A stretch of 64,000 bases of DNA from a virus (taxonomy: Duplodnaviria; Caudoviricetes): positions 32,001-96,000 of IMG/VR virus record IMGVR_UViG_3300028048_000064, one strand, 5' to 3'. Position 1 is the stretch's first letter, and every line of letters starts with the position of its first letter. Both the position numbers and the translations under genes were made by a program. The notes below the pieces were generated by a model, which was given only the letters and a program-made list of their open reading frames with translations, was not told where the DNA came from and ran no database searches. Below, in pieces: positions 40,178 to 50,596 of this stretch.

Positions 40178-40233
40178 TTGAAAAAATACATATTTTTAGT
40201 TATATTAATAATAATATAAAGTACTTTATTTTT

Positions 40234-40491
40234 ATGAGTTGTAATTGTAAGAACAAATATAAAGGATTTGAGAAACTTGCTTATGGCGGCAAATCAACAG
40301 ATGAAAAGAAAAAGTTCAATTGGTTTGAAAAAATATTGAAAGTTTTGCTTCAGATAGGGTTTGGAATTTTAAGTGGCGCTGTAATTATTATTATGGTAGT
40401 GCCAATGCTTGTGTATATCATTGGATGTCTTATTTTGGGCAAAGAGGCACATTTCAATATCAAGAACATAACAAAGAAGCAGAAGAAATAA
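40234..40491 (+). CDS. Small membrane protein
   Basis: Likely start MSCNCK at 40234 (the longer ORF start lies inside the terminator); long hydrophobic stretch and basic C-terminus. Confidence 0.55.
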   Translation: MSCNCKNKYKGFEKLAYGGKSTDEKKKFNWFEKILKVLLQIGFGILSGAVIIIMVVPMLVYIIGCLILGKEAHFNIKNITKKQKK

Positions 40492-40511
40492 GCAGGTTTT
40501 AAACAGGATTC

Positions 40512-43500
40512 ATGGCAGAAAATTATAAATCATATCGTATTCGTACCAATGTTGGTCAGGATTCTCCAAATGTAATCAATGTACAACTTGACCAAACATA
40601 TGATGCATTTGAAATATTGTCATTGAAGATTGACAGTGATAATGCATATAATCTATTTCAATCAGATAAGGGTATTATTGTTGGCCGTGTATTGGCTAAT
40701 GGCGGATTTGGTGTGCCTAATGCCAAAATCTCGATTTTCATACCTACTGATGATACTATGGATATGGAAAAACATATTCTTTATCCTTATTCATCAGTGA
40801 ATGATACAAATAATGACAGAATACGTTATAATCTTCTACCGGATGAGAAAGATGAGGCATGTTATCAAAATGTCGGTACATTCCCAAATAAACGTTATGT
40901 GCTTGATAATGATGATGTAATTGAGGTATTTGACCGTTTTTGGAAGTATACAACAGTTACAAACAGTGCCGGTGACTATATGATGTATGGTATACCAACC
41001 GGTAGTCAGACATTGCATGCAGATATTGATTTATCGGATATTGGATTGTTGTCAGTCAGACCAATTGATATGATGTACAAAGGATTTAATATCAATCAGT
41101 TTGAAAGCCCGAATAAATTCAAACAAGATACTAATTTAAATAGTCTTGCACAGATTAAGACACAAGATGTAGGCGTATTTGTTTATCCTTTCTGGGGTGA
41201 TAGTACTGATAATCCTGAGAACATTGCAGTTACACGTTGTGATATTCAAGTTGATTATAAGTTTGAGCCAACATGTGTATTTATTGGCAGCATTATAACA
41301 GATACAGGTAGTAATGCTATTGGTAAGAACTGTGCAGGCACAGATGAAGTTGGTAAAATGTCTGACTTAGTGGCCGGTGAAGGTTCTATTGAAATGATAC
41401 GAAAAACCTTTGACGGTAAGGTTGAACAATTTCAGATTAAGGGTAATCGTGTAATTGATGGTGACGGAGTGTGGTGTTATCAGATACCGATGAACCTTGA
41501 TTATGTGATGACTGATGAATATGGAAACCTTGTACCAAGTGACAATCCTGATAAGGGTATCCCTACAAGAGCAAGGGTTAGATTTAGAATTTCATTGGAT
41601 GATGCCATAAGTGACAGTACTGCAAGGAAGAGATGTAAATATCTTGTCCCTAACAATCCACGTATGGATGAGGAACGTTTTCCTGAGTTCTACAAGTCAC
41701 ATGAGGCCGATTATGAATTTGGCAGCAATACAAAGGAAGAAAGTTATTGTGACTTATTCTGGAATAAGGTTTATTCTGTGAAAAACTATATTCCGAGAAT
41801 ACAGAAGAATACCAAGATTACAAATAGAAAACATACTGGTATTAAGTTGATTAACCATTATGGTGATAATAACCCAATGCCGTATAATAATCTTAGTCTG
41901 AAACTTTCATTTACATATAGGTTTATCTGTGTATTAACAAAGATATTCATATTGTTGGTGACATTCCTTAATGGAATTATTACATTGTTGGCCGCAGTTC
42001 CATGTATCCTTTATTCGCTGTTTCAGACAATTGCGGATTTGTTTAATTCAATGCGTATCAGAATTAGGGCATTTGGTAAGACGCTTATTGATATTTGTCT
42101 TGGATGCCCTATTGGTGCGGTATTTCAGACTTTTGCCGATTTGTTTCATGCAATTATTCCATCGTGTATTGCAATTTCATCTGATTTCTGTGCAGGTGAT
42201 GTAACACACGCATATACTTATTATTCAGGTTGCGGTAGATTTCTCGGCATAAGAATGTCATGGTTATCTTGTGCTTGGGATGTGACACAAGATAGGCATA
42301 ATGAAGAGCAAGCAGAACTTGATAACCCGGAAGACAGAACAACAGCACAAAACGAGAATGCTGAGCTATATAACTGTGTTGAAAGTGAATTGGCTGAAAG
42401 TAATGATGCTGCATCATTTAATTTCCAAAATGACTGGATAAATGGTAGCCTTTATGCGCCGTTGTGGTTTAGAAAGATTACTCCGAAGAAAAAATTCCTT
42501 TTTGGTACAATTACTCGTAAGGCAAAGGATGAGTGGTGTTCTTCAGACCATGTATATACAGGTAGTTTAAGACTATATTATCCTTGTGCTGTCAATAGAA
42601 ACGGTAATCAGTCATATACTAACCATAATGGTGATATTGAGAATGCAAGGTATATGAATGCTGACACTGGTTGTGGCGATGACTGTCATACAAATTACAC
42701 ACCGGTAGGTTTGAACAACGGTCTTATTTTGACAAGGCAGACAATGCTTGGTCAAACTGTATATTATTACAAGGCAGTTGAATATGATGCCACTATAAAG
42801 GATATAAAACTTTTGTTTGCAAGTGACATCATATTGTTGGGTAGTTTAAATGATTGTGACTTAAATGGTGTTCCACAATTCTTTAAATCTCTTGAGTCTT
42901 CAACATATAAACTTCCGTCAAACATGCTATTTACTGATAATGAAATTAAAATATCATTTAGCCCTGATGGTAAACAAGTTAAGAGTGTTGACCAAGTAAG
43001 TCATACTGAAATGACAGGTAATGACTGGGGAAACTCAAATGATGATATGTGTAATGGCGATGACGGCGGCTTATTCTACGATATTGGTTGTTCTTCCATT
43101 GAACTTGAACCAAAGTCATGTATTAACCTTTCACGTATTTGTGAGTTTGGCGTATCGTTGGATGAAGCAAAACAAGTTCCTGACTTGGCAGCATTACAGT
43201 CAGATGAAACAGGTAATAGCTCATTCTCAACACTGATTCCAGACGGTTTTATTTCAAAGGATGAACTTTACAATGATGATTGGAGAAGTATGTTTGCTAC
43301 AATGAATGGTAATGAATTGAAGACTAAACTCAATAAGGAGAATGGTCTTAAAGAGTATGACTTCAGATATTTGTATGTAGACAACTTTGATAATTCATTG
43401 CAGTCTGAAATGCGTAATTCTCAGCGAAATTGTGGTGATTACACATATAGGAATAACTATAAACTTGAAATGTTTAGCCCTGGTTATTATGATTTCAGAA

Positions 43501-46500
43501 TGGGTAAAAATCCTTACTACTACGATGCATTTGATGGTGGTAATGGCACATTCCCACGTTATGAAAATTCATTCTATTTCTACTTTGGCTTAAAGGTTGG
43601 AAAGACAGCATTGGATAAGTTTAATAGTCAGTTCTTCAGTGAATGTACAAATGTTGCCAATGCTGAGGATGCTGTACAGATAGTTTCAAAGGGAAATACG
43701 TGGTGCTCAGAGATTAATGATAGTTATGGTGACGAAGCCCTTGATGATGGAATTATAACACCAAGTGAAATGACAGGCTTGGATGATAATGACGGATATG
43801 TTAAATTTGATTTGACAGAAGTTTCATTACCTTGTGATATTGACATTATCAATTTGGATAATTCAGTGTATGTATATCCGACAATAGAACAAAATACATA
43901 CGAAAAAATAGCAATTGGTAAATATTGGTACAATCATATTGCTTCAGTAGATGAAAAGAAAGGTTATACATTAATTTCATCAATACCTGCATTAAAGAAT
44001 GGTTCTTATAAAGTTGTTATAACAGATAATGACGGAAATATAATGGAATTTAGATTTAACATGACATCTGACTTCCTGACGTTTAAGACTGAAGCAACAT
44101 CATTTAGACAACCGGATAATGTATTGCCTGATGACATGGAGGTTATTGCTAATAATACCGATGGTGTGGATTGTACTAGTAGTGATTATGATTTACACTC
44201 TTCACGTACCATTGGTGGTACTATATTGGTTGATACGATAATTGATAATCAGACAAGTGATTTATTAGATAATTTCCTAATTACCGTAGACTCTGAAAAG
44301 AACATTGGTTATCGCCCTGACGATGGTGATGGAAAATACCATTTTGCCATAAAGTATAAAATACAAAGACCGATACGTCCGGCAGAAATATCTTATGACG
44401 ATGATGGTATAATAGATGCAGAAACGGGATGGATTACTGATGGTAATGATGATGCATTACTTTGTACAAAAGTTGTACAAGAGGGGTCAAAGATAGAAAA
44501 TGTGATGTTCCTAATTGGCGTACCAAAGAGTGATGAGAATTACATTATAAAGGTAAGGCAACTCTGTAATGGCGTTGAAACACAAAATGTTTCTACACAG
44601 TATGTAAAGGTTAAATCTGCTACACCATTTAAGATGTACATCAATGATGTTGTTGATTATGATGTTATTTCACATTGGAAAACTGGGTGGTATGCTGATG
44701 GTAAAAGAAAAATCTCTTATGATGGTATTGTAAGCCCTAATTGGTATAATATTGGCGATAACAATGACTATAAGTGGGAAAACTACAGTAACATGAAAGA
44801 CAACATGGATGCTCTTCAAACAAAATTTGAAGAAAGAACTGCTTTGATTGATAGTTTAAGCAATGCAATTAATGGTATCCCGTCTGCATATTCAAGTTTC
44901 AAGCCAATTGTATATACAGGAATTGAGAATGATATCGAAACCAATATTTCATACTATCCAAGCGTAAATGGGCAACTTACGGATGATTACATTAAAGAAA
45001 ATATAGAAAATGAACAAAAGAGTATTATAAATGACAATGTTGCACAGACAGGTACCATTTATTATTTTAATGAGCTGATTAATAACGGAAATGACCAAAT
45101 CCGTGACATTAATGAAAGAGTTAGTACAGGAACTAATCCGTATATGTTTGGTATTAATCAATTAAATGAGTATATTAATACTTGGAGTAGAGAAATTGAG
45201 AGGATTGAATCTAAGGATGAATTAACAGAAGAAGATGAAAATCTTATAGGTGACTATACTACAAGAATATTATTATTCCAAGATGCTGTTTCTACTCTTC
45301 AAGCACAGATTACTAATATAGAAAATAATATTAATAATTGGCAAGATATTATTACATCATTAACTGAATGGATTAATTATGACAATGATATTTTAGAGCG
45401 TTTTGAAACAATTAGGGAACAACAATTGGAATTTGTTGATACGATGCGTTTAACATTCCAATTAACATGTCCGAATGAAGAAAAGAGCATAAGATTTAAA
45501 GGTATTACCGATGATACACCGGTTTCATTTGTCAGTGCCTTCAGAGGTGAGGAAACATTGTCAGAAGAGGTTAGGAATACACTTGAAAAACAAATATCAA
45601 ATGGTAATATTGGCTTACTTGATAATATTACTATACCAAGTTTGACTTATACAGAAAGTGAAAAATTTGGTAATACAGATTATAGGATTGGAGCAACAAA
45701 TTATTGTTTCGGTACTGATAATAGAGCTGATTTCACTGAGAATAAGGCTACAGGAGGCTCAGTACAAGTAAAACCTATTAAATATCCTTATTTCATTGGC
45801 ATTAAAAATAAGGCTGATAAAGTTATACCGAATGATTTGGATTTTGACGGTGTTCACAATTTATTTGGCTTCCATATTGTAGATAAGATTTTCAATATGG
45901 AATATGCTGCATGGTCATCATTTATTGACTTACCATATTTCGGTATATTACATGATGCAATGAAAGAGGAAAAAGTCAGAATGAGTGGTATATTTGCAAG
46001 TAATGTTTTAAACGGTTATATTAATAGCAAAGATGAAAATGGTATTACAACGTTCCAAAAACAACGTTATGGTAATAATGGAATTAAGATATATACTCCA
46101 ATTAGTAATGATAATACAGAAGAAACATTACCTACAAAGAGATACATTATTTCAGAAGACTATGGGATAGATGTTGATAATTATGATTTAAATACGGATG
46201 AAGGTAAAGAGGCCTTAACAATTGACACATTGGCAGTTGTTGAGAATATTCTTGATGGTATTGGAACAGAATATAATGAAAATGCATTAAAGGCATATAT
46301 TAAGAGTAAAATCACTTATGCAACACAATACGGAATGAATGCATTTGAATATGCATTAACTAATTTCTTGCCATGTCCGAATTATAAAATAACCAAAGTA
46401 TATGAAGGTGGTAATGATGTAACCGGCAAGTACTTGCATCAATATTTGACAGTACCTAATAAGAATAACTCAGTTAAGGTTACTGATAAAAATGCTTGTT

Positions 46501-47816
46501 CAAACAGTTTTAATGTCTATGGTCCGATGAAGGTTGTTTTGGATGAAGAAGAGTCTTATCAGGATATACGTTATATTGAAGATGATGAGGATGAATATGA
46601 TTTAGGTAAATTATCATTTAATGTGGAAGGTGCAAGTGGTAAGGGTGTAACATATTACATTTTTAATATAAGTGACGTAATAGACCAAAAAGGTGAACCT
46701 CGTGACCGATATCCACTAAATTATATTAATAAACTCTATTTAACAATGCAAGATGGTGGCAATGAAGTTAAATTGCCAATATGCCAATTGATGTATACTG
46801 GGGATGAGTCAATGACCGGCGTTTTTAGAAATGACCAAAATACGGCAAAATATTTGTTTAATATAAACACAACAAAAAGTTTATTACAGACATATTGTGA
46901 TACAGGTGTTCCATCACAGTCTTCAGACCCAACAACAGGAAGAACATATCAGACTATGGGCTATGGTAATAATGGTGAATTTGGAATGAATTGGAGAACA
47001 AGACACACATCACCATCAGCAATGCATTATGTTGTTGCTGTTAGTGAAAATAACTGCATGGCTATATCTCCGGTATTTGATTTTTCAGAGATAAAATGTG
47101 ATATACAGTTGGTAAAGGTTTATATTAGAAAAAACCCTGGTGATGAAAATACTTTGATGTATAAATGTAAAATGTGGGTAAATAATTTAGGTGACATCTA
47201 TTATTTAAGAAATTATCCATTTACAGTCTCACTTATGTATACTGATAATGTTGACCATGTGGTTTTATCTACTGCTGAGGTTGATGCCGGCAACACTAGT
47301 CCTGCGTATTTTGACATCACAGCTGAACAATATGATGCCATTGGCAATGAATATTTCTGGCCATATATCCGTCTTACAGATTGTACAACATTACGCCATA
47401 TGATTGGCCCTAGCAGACATTGGCCATTCTACGATGAAAAGCTTGAAATTGAATGGCAGACAAATGGTGGATATTGGTGTATCAAGCAGTTTGCACAGAA
47501 TGAGACGTTAGACCAACAAGATATAGTTTTCTATGAAAATGCGGAACAAATAAACGACCAAAGAAACAGACAATTATATGCCACAAATAGTGAAACTGCT
47601 CAAACCTATTATCTTAATTACAATATCCGAAGTGATGATTATTGGTCAAGCCCTACCAATACAAAAAGTATTTTAAAGAAAAAGAAAAGTGGCGGCGGAT
47701 ATTATACATTTAGAGGGTGGGCTTTGCAGCCTGATGGAAATCCAATGCCGTTTAATATAAGTGAACAACTTGTATATAATACACCAATTACTTGGTATGC
47801 AATTTGGGGTGAATAA
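40512..47816 (+). CDS. Very large virion structural protein (baseplate/tail appendage)
   Basis: 2434 aa; N-terminal GRV.ANGGFGVPNAKISIF...TN.AGDY...G.P.G prealbumin-like domain, Cys-rich regions, hydrophobic hairpin, coiled coil, C-terminal Y.F.GW...T.YA.W motif; follows the gp25 and gp6 genes. Confidence 0.55.
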   Translation: MAENYKSYRIRTNVGQDSPNVINVQLDQTYDAFEILSLKIDSDNAYNLFQSDKGIIVGRVLANGGFGVPNAKISIFIPTDDTMDMEKHILYPYSSVNDTNNDRIRYNLLPDEKDEACYQNVGTFPNKRYVLDNDDVIEVFDRFWKYTTVTNSAGDYMMYGIPTGSQTLHADIDLSDIGLLSVRPIDMMYKGFNINQFESPNKFKQDTNLNSLAQIKTQDVGVFVYPFWGDSTDNPENIAVTRCDIQVDYKFEPTCVFIGSIITDTGSNAIGKNCAGTDEVGKMSDLVAGEGSIEMIRKTFDGKVEQFQIKGNRVIDGDGVWCYQIPMNLDYVMTDEYGNLVPSDNPDKGIPTRARVRFRISLDDAISDSTARKRCKYLVPNNPRMDEERFPEFYKSHEADYEFGSNTKEESYCDLFWNKVYSVKNYIPRIQKNTKITNRKHTGIKLINHYGDNNPMPYNNLSLKLSFTYRFICVLTKIFILLVTFLNGIITLLAAVPCILYSLFQTIADLFNSMRIRIRAFGKTLIDICLGCPIGAVFQTFADLFHAIIPSCIAISSDFCAGDVTHAYTYYSGCGRFLGIRMSWLSCAWDVTQDRHNEEQAELDNPEDRTTAQNENAELYNCVESELAESNDAASFNFQNDWINGSLYAPLWFRKITPKKKFLFGTITRKAKDEWCSSDHVYTGSLRLYYPCAVNRNGNQSYTNHNGDIENARYMNADTGCGDDCHTNYTPVGLNNGLILTRQTMLGQTVYYYKAVEYDATIKDIKLLFASDIILLGSLNDCDLNGVPQFFKSLESSTYKLPSNMLFTDNEIKISFSPDGKQVKSVDQVSHTEMTGNDWGNSNDDMCNGDDGGLFYDIGCSSIELEPKSCINLSRICEFGVSLDEAKQVPDLAALQSDETGNSSFSTLIPDGFISKDELYNDDWRSMFATMNGNELKTKLNKENGLKEYDFRYLYVDNFDNSLQSEMRNSQRNCGDYTYRNNYKLEMFSPGYYDFRMGKNPYYYDAFDGGNGTFPRYENSFYFYFGLKVGKTALDKFNSQFFSECTNVANAEDAVQIVSKGNTWCSEINDSYGDEALDDGIITPSEMTGLDDNDGYVKFDLTEVSLPCDIDIINLDNSVYVYPTIEQNTYEKIAIGKYWYNHIASVDEKKGYTLISSIPALKNGSYKVVITDNDGNIMEFRFNMTSDFLTFKTEATSFRQPDNVLPDDMEVIANNTDGVDCTSSDYDLHSSRTIGGTILVDTIIDNQTSDLLDNFLITVDSEKNIGYRPDDGDGKYHFAIKYKIQRPIRPAEISYDDDGIIDAETGWITDGNDDALLCTKVVQEGSKIENVMFLIGVPKSDENYIIKVRQLCNGVETQNVSTQYVKVKSATPFKMYINDVVDYDVISHWKTGWYADGKRKISYDGIVSPNWYNIGDNNDYKWENYSNMKDNMDALQTKFEERTALIDSLSNAINGIPSAYSSFKPIVYTGIENDIETNISYYPSVNGQLTDDYIKENIENEQKSIINDNVAQTGTIYYFNELINNGNDQIRDINERVSTGTNPYMFGINQLNEYINTWSREIERIESKDELTEEDENLIGDYTTRILLFQDAVSTLQAQITNIENNINNWQDIITSLTEWINYDNDILERFETIREQQLEFVDTMRLTFQLTCPNEEKSIRFKGITDDTPVSFVSAFRGEETLSEEVRNTLEKQISNGNIGLLDNITIPSLTYTESEKFGNTDYRIGATNYCFGTDNRADFTENKATGGSVQVKPIKYPYFIGIKNKADKVIPNDLDFDGVHNLFGFHIVDKIFNMEYAAWSSFIDLPYFGILHDAMKEEKVRMSGIFASNVLNGYINSKDENGITTFQKQRYGNNGIKIYTPISNDNTEETLPTKRYIISEDYGIDVDNYDLNTDEGKEALTIDTLAVVENILDGIGTEYNENALKAYIKSKITYATQYGMNAFEYALTNFLPCPNYKITKVYEGGNDVTGKYLHQYLTVPNKNNSVKVTDKNACSNSFNVYGPMKVVLDEEESYQDIRYIEDDEDEYDLGKLSFNVEGASGKGVTYYIFNISDVIDQKGEPRDRYPLNYINKLYLTMQDGGNEVKLPICQLMYTGDESMTGVFRNDQNTAKYLFNINTTKSLLQTYCDTGVPSQSSDPTTGRTYQTMGYGNNGEFGMNWRTRHTSPSAMHYVVAVSENNCMAISPVFDFSEIKCDIQLVKVYIRKNPGDENTLMYKCKMWVNNLGDIYYLRNYPFTVSLMYTDNVDHVVLSTAEVDAGNTSPAYFDITAEQYDAIGNEYFWPYIRLTDCTTLRHMIGPSRHWPFYDEKLEIEWQTNGGYWCIKQFAQNETLDQQDIVFYENAEQINDQRNRQLYATNSETAQTYYLNYNIRSDDYWSSPTNTKSILKKKKSGGGYYTFRGWALQPDGNPMPFNISEQLVYNTPITWYAIWGE

Positions 47817-47854
47817 TTTTTGACTAAAAAATATTTAGAATAAAGGCATAATCA

Positions 47855-50596
47855 ATGAGTACAACAATTAGGTTAGGACAGACAGACTCTGTAAATTCAG
47901 TAAACAGACAGAATTTTTTGGATGTGGAACTTAAAAACACATCCAAACTTTCCCATTTTACTGATATAAAGACAACTATTGACCAATATGAGCAATTTGT
48001 TAATGAAAGGGAAAAATGTGACAAATACAGATTAATCCTTACGATTAACCCATATTGTTCTAATGTTCTATTTAATACCATCACTGAAGTGGTATATGCT
48101 GAGGGTTCTACCTATTGTGAAAATGTAGTTGGAGAGAATAAGGCTGAAAATGTAAATAGCAGAAGTGGCGTAGTCTATGGTTTACCTGACCCCACAAGGT
48201 TTCAAATGATAGCAGATACCGAGTATTCTAAAATTGGTACTGCAAAAAGAAGTGAATATGAAGAAAATTATGTCTATCATCCGGGGTATGATATTTTCAA
48301 TAATCATACATTAAGGAATACAACATTCAAGATTGTCAATAAGTTAAAGAATAGTAGCGAAGACGCAAAGAAGGTATTCAATACAATTGCTGACACTATG
48401 CGTTATCAAGACGGCTCAGAGGTTAAGTTTAAAAGAAGAGAGGTCTTTGAGGTTGGTGATGCACAGACAAAGCATTTATATTTAAATGAGGATGTTTTAA
48501 CATATGAGGACAGTGTGAATGCCAACTTAACAGAGGAAAACGGTTGGTATGGTTTCATTAATGCATCTACAATACAGTCAAAAAACCCGACGGATAGTTT
48601 TAATGATTTAGGAATTGCGTATACGTTAAATGACCGCAAGCCTTGTGAGTTTATTGATATGTATCCTGACAGGACGTTGTATTCATTTACACCTAAATAC
48701 AATAAGTACCGTCATAGATTAGAACATAATTGGGACATTATCCTTACATATCCTTATGAAAAGACTAATGAATATGATGTTGTTAGTTTTGAAGATGGGA
48801 ATAAACGTGTTAGTGCGTTAACAATTGTTTCGGCCACAAAGACATATGGAATGAGTGGTGAATGTGTGGTATTATTCAGATGTCTTACTAAACATGGGCT
48901 TAAACGTGGTGATACTGTACGTTTTTATTATGATAATAACGGATGGAAGACATATGAAAAGGATTTCATGGTGAAAGATGTAGGTGATATGAATAAGGAG
49001 AAGAAAGAATATTACTTCTATATTACCGATATGGACTTCATACGTTTTGTTGCAGGTAGCACTTATGCAAATGCAACTGATGAAGAATTACCGCAACCGA
49101 TTGACATGAAATACCGTTTTGCAAGGGTTGTCAATGGCGAACCTTGTGAATATTATATCAGAAAATTCAAGAAATTGCCTAATTTCAAGTTTAGAAAGGA
49201 GAATTTCTCACTTGATGGGTATTATGGAATTGATGACATTGATAGTTACAGGGCATATATTAATAGATATGTTGATGAGAATGCAAAGGAAGATGACAAA
49301 ATGGTGTTGTTTGACCATGAACAATATAAATTAGGCTTTGCATCAACAATTTACAATGATGATACAACGCAAGTAACATTTACAGATACAATTGACGTTG
49401 AAAACCTTGTAGATGAGTTCGGAAGACCTTTGACAGAAATATATGCAACAGTTATTAAAACAAATAGAGGCCATGAGGAATGGTATGGAGGTGAAGTATC
49501 TAACGACAAAGTTGAATTTTCACATTGTTTTGGTAAGGTATCATGTGGACTTTTATTCTCACAAGAATATACTGATAGGTCTGCTAAAGTTATAGGTGAG
49601 GCAAATGATACATGTGTGTTAGATTATCGAACAACTTATGGTGATATTACATGTATGTATTATGAAGCAACTAATTGTATAGGTGGAAATGCTTATGATA
49701 CAGACATTACGGTTGACAATAAGGATGAATTTTTTGGAGATATCATAGAATTTACCCCCTCTAAGGTGGAAACAAGAATAATTCAGCCGTTTTCGTTTAG
49801 ATTTAATACAAGACAGCGTGAGTTAAATGATAATAATAACTACAAATTAGTCTATACAGAGATAGAAACAGATGATTATGATAAAGATGGTTTTGTAATA
49901 AAAGACACAACAGTTAATAGTCAAATTTCTCTCCGTCCTGAAGGCTATTATTATCAAGCCCATTACCGTATTCCAATACGTGAGTTCGGTTCTGTAAATC
50001 AGGATTCTCATTATGATATTATTTTGTCTGATATATCAATAGTGCAAGCGGATGCCATATATATTAAGCTTGTGGCTGTTAGGAATGCGCATTTATCTGT
50101 TGGTGATACATTATATATGTGTATAGACAGTGAGAATAAGATGTATGAATTTGTTGTTACGTACATTGAAAACCGTGTAACATATTATGTAGTACCTAAG
50201 TGTCCGGCTAATGACAGCCCTTGGCATTATTTCACAGAGAAAACGTGGTATGATATTGTAAATGAAACTAAAACAAGGAAAAAAGAAGATGGTACTATTG
50301 TTTTCCGTAAGGTAAATGAAAATATTCCTATATATGCGCAGAAAGTAGCAAATAATACCTATTTGTGGAGAGATGTATTGAAACCCGGTGATAAAGACAT
50401 TCTTAATTTACCCGAATATGCTTATGCAAATGACAGTTTCTATATCACAAATGAAATTAATTTCTTCTTGAAGAGGCAAGACCCACAGGGTATGAATAAT
50501 TTATATTGTGATGATGGTTTCCCGAATGATATTTCAGGAAATATCAAGAAAGAATCTAATTATTTCTATAGAAAGGAAAACGAGGTTGTATGTTAA
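47855..50596 (+). CDS. Putative structural (baseplate/tail) protein
   Basis: 913 aa in the structural operon; no recognisable catalytic motif. Confidence 0.5.
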   Translation: MSTTIRLGQTDSVNSVNRQNFLDVELKNTSKLSHFTDIKTTIDQYEQFVNEREKCDKYRLILTINPYCSNVLFNTITEVVYAEGSTYCENVVGENKAENVNSRSGVVYGLPDPTRFQMIADTEYSKIGTAKRSEYEENYVYHPGYDIFNNHTLRNTTFKIVNKLKNSSEDAKKVFNTIADTMRYQDGSEVKFKRREVFEVGDAQTKHLYLNEDVLTYEDSVNANLTEENGWYGFINASTIQSKNPTDSFNDLGIAYTLNDRKPCEFIDMYPDRTLYSFTPKYNKYRHRLEHNWDIILTYPYEKTNEYDVVSFEDGNKRVSALTIVSATKTYGMSGECVVLFRCLTKHGLKRGDTVRFYYDNNGWKTYEKDFMVKDVGDMNKEKKEYYFYITDMDFIRFVAGSTYANATDEELPQPIDMKYRFARVVNGEPCEYYIRKFKKLPNFKFRKENFSLDGYYGIDDIDSYRAYINRYVDENAKEDDKMVLFDHEQYKLGFASTIYNDDTTQVTFTDTIDVENLVDEFGRPLTEIYATVIKTNRGHEEWYGGEVSNDKVEFSHCFGKVSCGLLFSQEYTDRSAKVIGEANDTCVLDYRTTYGDITCMYYEATNCIGGNAYDTDITVDNKDEFFGDIIEFTPSKVETRIIQPFSFRFNTRQRELNDNNNYKLVYTEIETDDYDKDGFVIKDTTVNSQISLRPEGYYYQAHYRIPIREFGSVNQDSHYDIILSDISIVQADAIYIKLVAVRNAHLSVGDTLYMCIDSENKMYEFVVTYIENRVTYYVVPKCPANDSPWHYFTEKTWYDIVNETKTRKKEDGTIVFRKVNENIPIYAQKVANNTYLWRDVLKPGDKDILNLPEYAYANDSFYITNEINFFLKRQDPQGMNNLYCDDGFPNDISGNIKKESNYFYRKENEVVC

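Noticed and set aside
40234-40491. Holin call for the small membrane protein
   Set aside because: No adjacent endolysin and no family motif; left as a membrane protein of unknown function.
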